This document shows, in pieces, positions 20,601 through 28,744 of a stretch of 64,000 bases of DNA (position 1 is the stretch's first letter; each line of letters starts with the position of its first letter). Source of the stretch: Candidatus Forterrea multitransposorum CG_2015-17_Forterrea_25_41 (GTDB lineage: Archaea; Iainarchaeota; Iainarchaeia; Iainarchaeales; CSSED10-239). The notes under the pieces were generated by a model, which ran no database searches, was not told where the DNA came from, and saw only the letters and a program-made list of their open reading frames with translations. A program made the translations under genes and the position numbers. Location: positions 775,633 to 839,632 of the forward strand of contig CP045477.1 of NCBI GenBank assembly GCA_009392915.1, read 5' to 3'.

Positions 20601-21122
20601 TAGATGTAGTTTTTTTCTTGCAAGGTCTGCAAGAAGTACAGGTAAGGTTTGTGCATTTCCTCCTGCAGCTCTAATAGGTCCTGCAAAATAAATATCAGGA
20701 TATTTTGAACCATCTGGATTTGTTGAAATTTTTATTTCTGGAAGTCCATCTAAGGGAGAAACAACAACTCCGTCTGTTTGAATAACTAAAGCAGTTCTAA
20801 TTGCTTGTTCTAATCTTTTTTCTGGATCTTCAATTCCACCTAAAGTCCCATCTAAAATTTGATTAAATATATCTAAAGTAACTTTAAATCTATCATGGTT
20901 ATGTACTTCCCATAGATCATGATATATTTTAGAAACTCCTTTTGGTCCAACTAAAATTTCTGTTTTTTCAGCAATACCTTGTGCAGGAAATGTTTCTATG
21001 TCTGTATCAATATCTCTTCCAGTCTTTCTTGCATCTTTTGCAACATCAACTTGATTATTTATCTTTTCTGTGAGTTTTTCAAAATATTGAGAAACATCTT
21101 TTCTTGCAATTATTTTTATCAT
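17676..21122 (-). CDS. polC: DNA polymerase D (PolD) large subunit DP2
   Basis: 1148 aa. Zn-finger cysteine clusters (CESCKKIMFTPYCLECD; CYSCKK...CPVCN) and the conserved DP2 catalytic regions. No intein evident. Confidence 0.9.
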   Translation of the reverse strand: MIKIIARKDVSQYFEKLTEKINNQVDVAKDARKTGRDIDTDIETFPAQGIAEKTEILVGPKGVSKIYHDLWEVHNHDRFKVTLDIFNQILDGTLGGIEDPEKRLEQAIRTALVIQTDGVVVSPLDGLPEIKISTNPDGSKYPDIYFAGPIRAAGGNAQTLPVLLADLARKKLHLDRYKPSKQEVDRLIEENMIYQSDVVVRQQRVTEDEIRVIAENCPVCINSGPDSDVELMVNRDLERIKTNRVRGAMCLVMIDGVYVRAMKILKTSKVLGLDWSWLEKLIKVKKTSEGSFELKPSTKYLEGLAAGRPVFSYPLVPGGFRLRYGKTRTTGLMAKAINPATMYILEEFIAVGTHGRIERPGKSLQYFPCDSIEGPIVRLKNKDVIKINNVKEALKHRESIEKILFLGDILINIGDFKKSGHPLIKAGYVEEEWLSEMKYLLRKEEITEDDFENLYEFYKNPDPYKAISLSLKYKVSLYPKYIAYYSLLDNEELKILIEKFRTAEKIFLEDKIIGAKIKTNNVIKSILEKIGVEHKYLLEENKILLEKEIAYPFLKTLGALNATNPLEEFKEVLEDKQKTIVEKLTIISKLKINEKAGSFIGARMGRPEAAHERILPGKSATIFPVGEGFGNNRDLLKTIDSKKNYSGSMDIKVKGYQCESCKKIMFTPYCLECDQRTKELYECYSCKKISFNKTCPVCNEEGRAKINNKVNLDDLIKKAINNLGVGVPETLKGFKELASQEKYTEALEKGILRSKHGLYVFRDGTIRYEALNATITQFKPKELNLTVEKVKELGYVIDYQGKEIKDENQIIDLFPQDIIISDHTAEYFLKITRFIDDLLEKFYKKEKYFNFKDKEELIGELVIGLAPHTSAGIVGRILGFSKARLCFGHPFFITAKRRNVDGDQDSIMLLMDALLNFSPKYLSKGRGGRMDAPIAFTTVVNPYEIDDECYEIETATEYPFEFYQNSKRFLDADDKNLKYVSDYLGTEDQYTCMKFTHDTSIFDEGPKMSAYLTIKSMQDKVDRQAELQKKIRAVDNKDALERLLHYHLFPDIIGNTRAFARQGLRCIKCNSKYRRIPLSGICLNCSGKLVMTIHEGSIKKYLEVAKNLIKKYELKPYLYQKVILAEEDINSLFVDKEEMKQKSLSNFF

Positions 21123-21137
21123 TTAATATTCTCTTTT

Positions 21138-22565
21138 TCAAATTTCTTTTTCTAAAAAATCTTTTATTAAAAGTTCTTCTGTTTTTAAATTAAATAAAAG
21201 CGCTTTTGAAACTGTTGGAATATGTCCTAACTCTTTTTGAAAATCTGTCATGTCTTGCCAACAAGATGATGCTATTAAGTGTACATGCTTATATTTAGAA
21301 TATGCATGATGATGAACATCTGCAGTTATAAAAATATCTGGTACTTCTTCAATAACCATTAGATTTTTTTCAATAGGTACAAATGTTTGTCTATGACCAT
21401 ATTGTGGCATTAAATCTCTTCTTTTCAAAACTTCTATCATTGCTGTATCTGGTTTATCCATTTTTGCATTTTTAATTTCTGTGTAAATTCCATGAAGTGA
21501 AGCTCCATGATACATTAATGTTTTAAACCCTTCAATAACAACCCAAGCAGGAGATCCTAAGATGTGAATATTTTCTTTTTCATAAAGTCTTGGAAGATAT
21601 TCTTTTGTAATTGCAGGTTGTGGGTCTGATAATCTTACTGCATCATGATTTCCAGAAATAATAAATATTTCAATATCTTCTCTAATTTTTAAAATATATT
21701 CTTCAAACAATTCATATTGTTTTTTAATATCTGTAATTGCAAGTTCATTAAACTGTGAGGGATAAACTCCGATACCATCAACTAAATCTCCAGCAATAAT
21801 TAAATATTTTATTTTTTTAGTAAGTTCTTTTTCTTCTTCAAAATTACCATTTAACCATTCTATAAATTTTAAAAATTCTTTTTCTTTAAATTTTTTAGAT
21901 CCTACATGCACATCTCCAATTATTGTAAGATAAACATCTTGAGGTAGGTTGTGTGTTTTTCTTTCAAAAGGAATATCTGGATAAATTACTTCATTTACAA
22001 TTAACATATCTTTTGAAAGTAAAGATGTTTTAAAACCTAAAACATTATCTAAAAGAATTTCTTTGTGTTTAAAGAATTCATTTTCATCTTTATTCATGAT
22101 TACAAGTTTTATTTGACCTGTAGGATCATCAATTGTTAAAATTAAATTTCCGTTTTTACTAATTCCTTTATCATAAACCATCCCAATAACATCAGCTGGT
22201 TTTCCTTTAACAAGTAATCTTGCTTGTTCAATTGTTGTGTATTCAAAATTAGGTCTTGTTTTAATCATTTTAGATATTTTTTCATATTTGTCTAAAAATA
22301 GTTTATGGAAGTCTTCAATACTTCCTTGTGAATAGTTTTTACCAGTTATATCATACTTATCTAAAATATAAAAATTTTTAAAATATTTTTTATCTTCTTT
22401 TTGATTCTTAACATCAAGAATATCTTTTTCTTTAACAATAAATAAGTTTTTTTCTTTAAGTTTATTTAAAATTTCTTTATAGTTATCACTAGACAGATGT
22501 TTTAATGTCTCAGGTGTAAGAATTAAATTATTTTCTTTTGCATATTTTATGATTTCATTATCCAT
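21138..22565 (-). CDS. polB: DNA polymerase D small subunit DP1 (calcineurin-like phosphoesterase exonuclease)
   Basis: Phosphoesterase motifs (IIAGDLVDGIGVYP, ISGNHD) with an OB-like N-domain. Immediately downstream of DP2. Confidence 0.85.
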   Translation of the reverse strand: MDNEIIKYAKENNLILTPETLKHLSSDNYKEILNKLKEKNLFIVKEKDILDVKNQKEDKKYFKNFYILDKYDITGKNYSQGSIEDFHKLFLDKYEKISKMIKTRPNFEYTTIEQARLLVKGKPADVIGMVYDKGISKNGNLILTIDDPTGQIKLVIMNKDENEFFKHKEILLDNVLGFKTSLLSKDMLIVNEVIYPDIPFERKTHNLPQDVYLTIIGDVHVGSKKFKEKEFLKFIEWLNGNFEEEKELTKKIKYLIIAGDLVDGIGVYPSQFNELAITDIKKQYELFEEYILKIREDIEIFIISGNHDAVRLSDPQPAITKEYLPRLYEKENIHILGSPAWVVIEGFKTLMYHGASLHGIYTEIKNAKMDKPDTAMIEVLKRRDLMPQYGHRQTFVPIEKNLMVIEEVPDIFITADVHHHAYSKYKHVHLIASSCWQDMTDFQKELGHIPTVSKALLFNLKTEELLIKDFLEKEI

Positions 22566-22569
22566 ATTC

Positions 22570-22851
22570 TTATTTCATATTCTCTTTTAAAGTTTCAAGT
22601 TTTGAAATTAAGCTCCAAACTACAGATCTATATTCTGTTGCATTAACAGTATTTATTGTTTCTTCAAGTTCATATAAAATATTTGAAACTTCAAGAGAAC
22701 AAAGATTATCTGTAAGTTTAGATTTTATGCTTCTTATGACACCTAATACATTTTTTGGAATTGTTTGATCTTCAAGTAAATAATCTGCTTCAGAAATAAT
22801 TTCTAAAACCATCTTATTACATAATTCTTGTTTCTTTGTAATTTTTGGCAT
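22570..22851 (-). CDS. Small conserved helical protein (93 aa), co-transcribed upstream of PolD DP1
   Basis: Helical, no TM. Four-nt spacing to DP1. Confidence 0.25.
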   Translation of the reverse strand: MPKITKKQELCNKMVLEIISEADYLLEDQTIPKNVLGVIRSIKSKLTDNLCSLEVSNILYELEETINTVNATEYRSVVWSLISKLETLKENMK

Positions 22852-22986
22852 GGGTTAATCACCTTTTTTTAAATAAGAATTAAAAATGTATTTCTCTAAT
22901 ATATATTATATATATAAATATGTTTTTATATGTTGTTTCTAATTAAAATCAAAAGGTTTTTATTCTTTTTAAATAATGTTTTATGT

Positions 22987-24123
22987 ATGATTTCTTTAAA
23001 TTATAAATCTATCTCACCTTTAATTTCTGTAATTTTATTAATTGTTGTATCTATTGCTTTTATAGGTGTAATTACCAATTGGAGTAAAAGTTTTGTTATA
23101 ACGAATTCAGAAAAAGTAGATTTAATAAAAACAAATAATTCTTTAGATCAATTTATTGTTATAGATTCTTTTTATGATTCTGAAGAAAATTCAAGTATTA
23201 TTTTAAAAAATAACGCTAATAAAAATATTGTGCTTGAAAATTATAAATTTATAAACGGGGAAGGTGAGTTTTATAATCAAGAATTTGTAATTTCTGGAGA
23301 TGATGTTTTAAATAAAGGTAATTTATTAAAAATAGATTTAATTTGCTTTCCATCAAATAATTTAGATATTCTTTTTAAAACAACAGATGGAGATTATTTT
23401 AAAGTTAATTTAAAAAAATCTATTTTAAATATAAATTATTGTCATAATGATTTTAAAAATCAAAAAGTATATTCTTTTGAAGAATTGTTAGAAAAGAATC
23501 TTTTAGATGTAAATAGTTATTATTTAGATGTAAATGGAGATTTAAATTTACCTGAAATAGATGATTTTATTATAAAAACAAAATTTAAATTAGATTCAGT
23601 CTCTGGCTATCAAACATTAATTTCATATAAATATTCTGGTGTTTCAGGTTATGGTTCAGGACAAAGAGGTGGATTTAAATTTATGGTTCTTCCAAGCGGT
23701 AATTTTGCAATTGTAGGTAGTCAAAATGGTGGTTCTTTATGGTGGGGTTATTCTGGAGGAGATCCTGGACAAACACCCCCTTTAGTTTCAAATAAGTATT
23801 ATGATTTAATTTATCATAAAAATGGTCGTTTAATTAATTTGTGTCTTAAAGATAATATAGATTATAATTCTTTTTTTTGTAACGAACCTTGGTATTATCC
23901 TTATTATGATATTACAAACATCTATTATAGTGACAATCCAACATATAATTATAAATCAATAATTGGTGCTACAAATTATGGTTTAGAAAATACTTTTTTA
24001 GATTATTTTAATGGATCTGTTGAATATATTGAATTGTATGAATATTCTGAAGATAATAATATATCTTCAGTAAACAACCTTCCTTTAAATAATTATATTT
24101 TTAAAATAGATTTAACAAAATAA
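22987..24123 (+). CDS. Class III signal peptide (archaeal pilin-like) protein with LamG/ConA-like lectin domain
   Basis: N-terminus MISLNYKSISPLISVILLIVVSIAFIGVITNW (charged/Ser then hydrophobic helix). C-terminal region (...GGFKFMVLPSGNFAIVGSQNGGSLWWGYSGG...YDLIYHKNGRLINLCL) resembles the LamG beta-sandwich. Confidence 0.45.
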   Translation: MISLNYKSISPLISVILLIVVSIAFIGVITNWSKSFVITNSEKVDLIKTNNSLDQFIVIDSFYDSEENSSIILKNNANKNIVLENYKFINGEGEFYNQEFVISGDDVLNKGNLLKIDLICFPSNNLDILFKTTDGDYFKVNLKKSILNINYCHNDFKNQKVYSFEELLEKNLLDVNSYYLDVNGDLNLPEIDDFIIKTKFKLDSVSGYQTLISYKYSGVSGYGSGQRGGFKFMVLPSGNFAIVGSQNGGSLWWGYSGGDPGQTPPLVSNKYYDLIYHKNGRLINLCLKDNIDYNSFFCNEPWYYPYYDITNIYYSDNPTYNYKSIIGATNYGLENTFLDYFNGSVEYIELYEYSEDNNISSVNNLPLNNYIFKIDLTK

Positions 24124-24130
24124 GTTTAAT

Positions 24131-24994
24131 TTAAAATTTTTTATCTAAAATTTCTTTTAAAGTGATGTTTGGGTACCCTTCCATTTTTCCACCAAAACTT
24201 GGGTAGACTAATATTTTTTTATCAGGGTTTTCATCCATTAGTTTTTCTATGATTTTTTTTTGTTCATCATAAGATTGATGTTGGTTAAATAAAAAGATGA
24301 TTACATTTGCAAGTGTTTTTATTGCAACAACAGCTTGTTTTTCAATAAAGTTCATGTCTTTAAAATCTTCATGAATAAGCCCTGGTGTATCGACTACTTG
24401 AATTATTTCTTCTCTTTTTTTATAATATCCAAAATTTAAAGTTTTAGTTGTGAAAGAATAACTATTAATTTCAGGATCTGCGGTCGTAATTTCTGCAAGC
24501 AAAGTTGTTTTTCCTGTATTTGGAGCTCCAACTAAAACAACAGTAAATAGTTTTTGAGGGTTTGGTATTGCTCTAAAATATTTTCCATATCCCATTAATA
24601 TTTCATTAGTACCATCTAACTTTTTAAGCATTGATTTTATTCTTCCTAAATATTCTTTTTTTAATTTTAGTTTATCTGTATATTTTTTTTCTCTTTTTAC
24701 AAATCTTTTATATTTTTCAGAAATGGAATTTATTAAATGAATTGTTGTAATATAGTGATTTTTATATTTATCTAAAACTTTTTCTTGAACAATATTTTTT
24801 GACATTAATAAATAGTATTCATCCATTTTTGAATAATCTGGAAGTGATGAATATATATGTGTAAGTCTATCTGCAATTTTATTATGCACAAAATTAACAT
24901 AGTAAAGCACATCTTTTTGATTATATTCTTTTTTTATTTTATTTACTATAATTTCTAAAAAAGAATCTGCTTTAATAATTTCTGGGAATTTCAT
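24131..24994 (-). CDS. Nog1-family GTP-binding protein (archaeal NOG1-like GTPase)
   Basis: G1 GAPNTGKTT, G2 TT, G3 DTPGL, helical N-terminal domain. Confidence 0.6.
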   Translation of the reverse strand: MKFPEIIKADSFLEIIVNKIKKEYNQKDVLYYVNFVHNKIADRLTHIYSSLPDYSKMDEYYLLMSKNIVQEKVLDKYKNHYITTIHLINSISEKYKRFVKREKKYTDKLKLKKEYLGRIKSMLKKLDGTNEILMGYGKYFRAIPNPQKLFTVVLVGAPNTGKTTLLAEITTADPEINSYSFTTKTLNFGYYKKREEIIQVVDTPGLIHEDFKDMNFIEKQAVVAIKTLANVIIFLFNQHQSYDEQKKIIEKLMDENPDKKILVYPSFGGKMEGYPNITLKEILDKKF

Positions 24995-25156
24995 ATTGTT
25001 TTCTTATTTTTTAAGTTGTTCTTAATAATATATTTATAGTTCATTTAATTTATAAACAGTAGTAATTTGATTTTAAAAAAATTATCATTTAAGCTTACCT
25101 TTTTATATTTTTCTTATATTATGTTATATATTTATATAATTATTTATGTGTAGGAT

Positions 25157-27490
25157 ATGTTTGCTATTTCAAAAAAAGGAATAAGTCCTTTAATTGTAAC
25201 TATTTTAATTGTTGTTGTAATAGTCATTATTGTGTCTGTTTTATTATTGTGGGGTAAATCTTTCACTTTAGATAATTTATCTCTTTCTGAAAGAGTTTTT
25301 GAAAAATCTAGTCTTTCTGATTTTGTTTGGCAAGATAATTTATTTGAAAAAAATTTATTTATTAAAAATACAAATTCTAAATTAGGTGCGTCAATTATTG
25401 GTTATAAAATAAATAGTTCCTTAGATTATCCTTTTTTAAATGAATATAGATACTTAGAAACTGAAGTTTATTTGGGAAAAAACAGTATTGCAACAATTCC
25501 TTTAGTTTGTATTCCTGAGAAAAATTTTACAATAGAATTAATTACTTCCAAAGATGAGTATATTACTGTGCCTGTTACTTCAAAGTCTTTTGATGCAAGT
25601 GATTGTACTTTTAAAGGAGAAATTACAAATCCTTCTGAAGATTTTAGTATAAGGTCTGGAGATTCTATTTTGTTTGACTCTTTGGCATTAAATACTTCTG
25701 GGAATGAAACTTATTTATGGGTATCTGATAAAGATGGAACTTTAAGTACTGATAAAAATTTTACAATAAGTTCTTTATCTGTAAACAATCATTTAATTAC
25801 TTTAACAATCACAGATTTTAATTCAACTATTGAAAAATCTTTGTCTGTTGTGATTCATCCTCCTTTAAGTTTAAGTATTTTATCTCCAATTGATGATTCT
25901 GGTTTTTTAGTAAACACCTCTATTGATTTTAATTCAATTATTGATAATAATTTAGGTGATTATTCTTGTAATTGGCAATCAAATCTTGATGGTTTGTTAA
26001 GCACCAATTGTATTTTTAATTCTTCAAGTTTATCTGTGGGTAATCACACTTTAACTTTAAATGTAATTGATGATGTAGGAACTAGTAGTGTTACTTCTGA
26101 TATTTTAGTTAAGAATAGTTTTACACCAATCATTAGTTCTCCTTTAGAAGATTCTATTTTTGTAGTAGGAAATAACATAAATTTAATTGGTACAACAATT
26201 AATTCTTTTGGAACTTATACTTGTTCTTGGGATTCAAATATTAATGGAAGTTTAGGTACTGGTTGTAATTTAAATGTTGATGATCTAAACATAGGTGCTC
26301 ATGAAATAACTTTAAATATAACAGATGATTTAGAAACAAAAACTGCAGTAACAACTATTGTAATTAAAGATCATTTACTTCCAGAAATAGTATCTCCTAT
26401 TGCAAGTTCTACTTCAACAGAAGGAAATACAGTTAATTTTTTAGGGAGTGCAACTAATACATATGGAAGTTACACTTGTTCTTGGGATTCAAATCTTGAT
26501 GGAAATTTAGGTGTTGGTTGTGATATAGATGTTTCTGATTTAACTTTAGGAACTCATGAAATAACTTTAAGTGTAACTGATGATTTAGAAACTGTTTCAA
26601 TTTCTCAAATTAATTCTGTGATTGTTATTGTGTATGTTGATGATTTAATTAATTTAGTTTTCAGTGATAGTGTTACAGGTTATTCTTTTTCTGGTAGTAC
26701 TTATAATTATAATGATTTATTAATTTTAAATAGTTCTAATACTGTAACTGTTACTCCGACTGGGGCTGGAACAATAACTGTAAATGGTTCTACTGTTTCC
26801 TCAGGTTCTCCATCAAGTCCTATTGATTTAAGTGATGGTACTGAAAAAACAATTACCATAGAAGTTAGTGATGTTGATAAGTATTCTAAAACTTATACTT
26901 TGAGATTAACTAAAATAGTAACTACTGGTGGAACCATAACTAATGGTACAGGTTATAGAATTCATAAATTTACTTCAAATGGATCATTTACCTCTAACAT
27001 CCCATTAACTGCTGAACTTTTAGTTATTGGTGGAGGTGGAGGTGGTGGTGGATATGATGGTGGTGGTGGTCGTGCCGGAGCGTTATATTATAGTGCATCT
27101 TATTCAATACCTTCAGGTTCAACAAATGTTGTAATTGGTGCTGGAGGTCTAGGTGTAAATTATACAAAAGGATCAGCAGGTACTGCTTCTTCTTTTGGAG
27201 CAATATCTAAAGCTGGAGGTGCTGGTGGGGCTTTAACAAGTCCTAAATCTGGTGGTGCAGGTTGTGGTGGTGGAGGAAGTGCCTTTAATGCAGGACTGGG
27301 TTATGGTCTTGAAGGTCCTGGTTGTACATATAGTATTACAGGAACTCCTGTTGTATATGGTCTAGGAGGAAGAGGAGGTAATGGAGGGAGAACAGATGGT
27401 GCTACAAACACAGGATCAGCAGGTTGGGCTGGCGGAACTAGAGGTGGTCATGGTGCTGATGGAGTTGTAATTGTTAGAATAAATTCTTAG
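25157..27490 (+). CDS. Large (777 aa) class III signal peptide surface protein: tandem Ig/PKD-like repeats plus C-terminal glycine-rich domain
   Basis: N-terminus MFAISKKGISPLIVTILIVVVIVIIVSV. Three to four modules with Y(S/T)C(N/S)W(Q/D)SN(L/I)DG...GC...L(S/N)(V/I)G.H(E/T)(I/L)TL. C-terminal 180 aa is more than 40% Gly (GGGGGGGGYDGGGGRAGA...). Confidence 0.5.
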   Translation: MFAISKKGISPLIVTILIVVVIVIIVSVLLLWGKSFTLDNLSLSERVFEKSSLSDFVWQDNLFEKNLFIKNTNSKLGASIIGYKINSSLDYPFLNEYRYLETEVYLGKNSIATIPLVCIPEKNFTIELITSKDEYITVPVTSKSFDASDCTFKGEITNPSEDFSIRSGDSILFDSLALNTSGNETYLWVSDKDGTLSTDKNFTISSLSVNNHLITLTITDFNSTIEKSLSVVIHPPLSLSILSPIDDSGFLVNTSIDFNSIIDNNLGDYSCNWQSNLDGLLSTNCIFNSSSLSVGNHTLTLNVIDDVGTSSVTSDILVKNSFTPIISSPLEDSIFVVGNNINLIGTTINSFGTYTCSWDSNINGSLGTGCNLNVDDLNIGAHEITLNITDDLETKTAVTTIVIKDHLLPEIVSPIASSTSTEGNTVNFLGSATNTYGSYTCSWDSNLDGNLGVGCDIDVSDLTLGTHEITLSVTDDLETVSISQINSVIVIVYVDDLINLVFSDSVTGYSFSGSTYNYNDLLILNSSNTVTVTPTGAGTITVNGSTVSSGSPSSPIDLSDGTEKTITIEVSDVDKYSKTYTLRLTKIVTTGGTITNGTGYRIHKFTSNGSFTSNIPLTAELLVIGGGGGGGGYDGGGGRAGALYYSASYSIPSGSTNVVIGAGGLGVNYTKGSAGTASSFGAISKAGGAGGALTSPKSGGAGCGGGGSAFNAGLGYGLEGPGCTYSITGTPVVYGLGGRGGNGGRTDGATNTGSAGWAGGTRGGHGADGVVIVRINS
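25955..26640 (+). repeat. Intragenic tandem repeat, period about 250 bp, about 2.7 copies (encodes the repeated Ig/PKD-like modules)
   Basis: Near-identical nucleotide blocks beginning tattcttgtaattggcaatcaaatcttgatgg (about 25960), tatacttgttcttgggattcaaatattaatgg (about 26215) and tacacttgttcttgggattcaaatcttgatgg (about 26468). Confidence 0.6.
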
Positions 27491-27653
27491 TGAATTTTTT
27501 CTCTTTTAAATATTTTTAACTTAACTTGCGCTTTATCTACTTAACTTAATCTTTATATACTTTTCTAAATATATAATATATATTAATACTAATTATAGTA
27601 TTTTATTTCTTAAAACAAAATTATAAATTTATAAAATAAGAGAATGATTTAAT

Positions 27654-28724
27654 ATGAAATTTTTTACAAATAAAAACTATTCTAAAATGATAATTATACC
27701 TTTAGTTATTTTAATAATATTTATTTTAATTGCATTTATTTTTCCAGGTATTGAAAGAGGTATTGATCTTAAAGGAGGAAATCAAATAATCGTACACTAT
27801 CCTCAAGAAAAAGATTACACTTCTTTAGAAACTGCTCTTGTCGAAAAATATAATATTTCTCAAATACAAGTAAATGAAGTTAAAAGTATAAATGAATATG
27901 GACTTTTAATTGAATTCTCTCTACAACAAGATCTTGAAACTGCTAAAGCAGAAAGATCAAAATTAGATTTTACAAAAGATTTAGAAATTTTAAAACAAGA
28001 TTCTATTGTTCTATTAACTCCTTTAAAGGAAAGAGGTTTTTTAACAGAAAATGATTTAACTTCTATTCAACAAATAAATAACAAAGATGAATTAAGTTCA
28101 AAAGTTTCAGAAAACATAAGTCTTGCAAATAATAGTTTTTATAATCAAGTTACAAATCTTGTTAAATCAGAATTAGATTTAGCAGAAGATGCAAAAATAC
28201 AAACTAGAGAAATCGCACCTACTTTAGGAAAAGATTTTGTAAATAGTTCTGTAAAGGTAGGAATTGTTGCATTTTCATTATTATTAATTGTTATTCTTTT
28301 ATTCTTCAGAGAGATTGTTCCATCAGGATTAATTATTTTTGCTGTTATTTTTGATGTGTTTGCAGCTCTTGCAGGTATGGCTTTATTTAATATACCTTTA
28401 AGTTTAACCACAATTCCTGCTCTCTTAATGCTTATTGGATACTCTGTTGATACAGATATTCTTTTAACAACAAGAATTTTAAAAGATGGTAATAGAAATC
28501 CAATTGATTCAGCAAATTCTTCAATTGCAACTGGGCTTACCATGACTTTTACAACAATGGCAACTATTCTTGTAATGCTTATAATTTCTTATTTTGCACA
28601 GATGTTTATTATCTTAGAAATTTCTGTAATATTATTATGTGGTCTTGTTGGTGATGTAATTTCTACATGGCTTTTCAATGCACCTGCATTAATTAAATAT
28701 GCAAAAAGGAAACATAAAAATTAA
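27654..28724 (+). CDS. secF: Protein-export membrane protein SecF
   Basis: TM1, then GIDLKGGNQI (SecF GIDF.GG motif), a small periplasmic domain and a C-terminal 5-TM bundle. Confidence 0.7.
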   Translation: MKFFTNKNYSKMIIIPLVILIIFILIAFIFPGIERGIDLKGGNQIIVHYPQEKDYTSLETALVEKYNISQIQVNEVKSINEYGLLIEFSLQQDLETAKAERSKLDFTKDLEILKQDSIVLLTPLKERGFLTENDLTSIQQINNKDELSSKVSENISLANNSFYNQVTNLVKSELDLAEDAKIQTREIAPTLGKDFVNSSVKVGIVAFSLLLIVILLFFREIVPSGLIIFAVIFDVFAALAGMALFNIPLSLTTIPALLMLIGYSVDTDILLTTRILKDGNRNPIDSANSSIATGLTMTFTTMATILVMLIISYFAQMFIILEISVILLCGLVGDVISTWLFNAPALIKYAKRKHKN

Positions 28725-28744
28725 TTTAAAAATGTGAATTAACC

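Noticed and set aside
26990-27480. GC-rich island suspected to be horizontally acquired DNA
   Set aside because: The GC enrichment coincides exactly with the Gly-rich (GGN codon) C-terminal domain of the 777-aa protein. It is explained by amino-acid composition rather than foreign origin.
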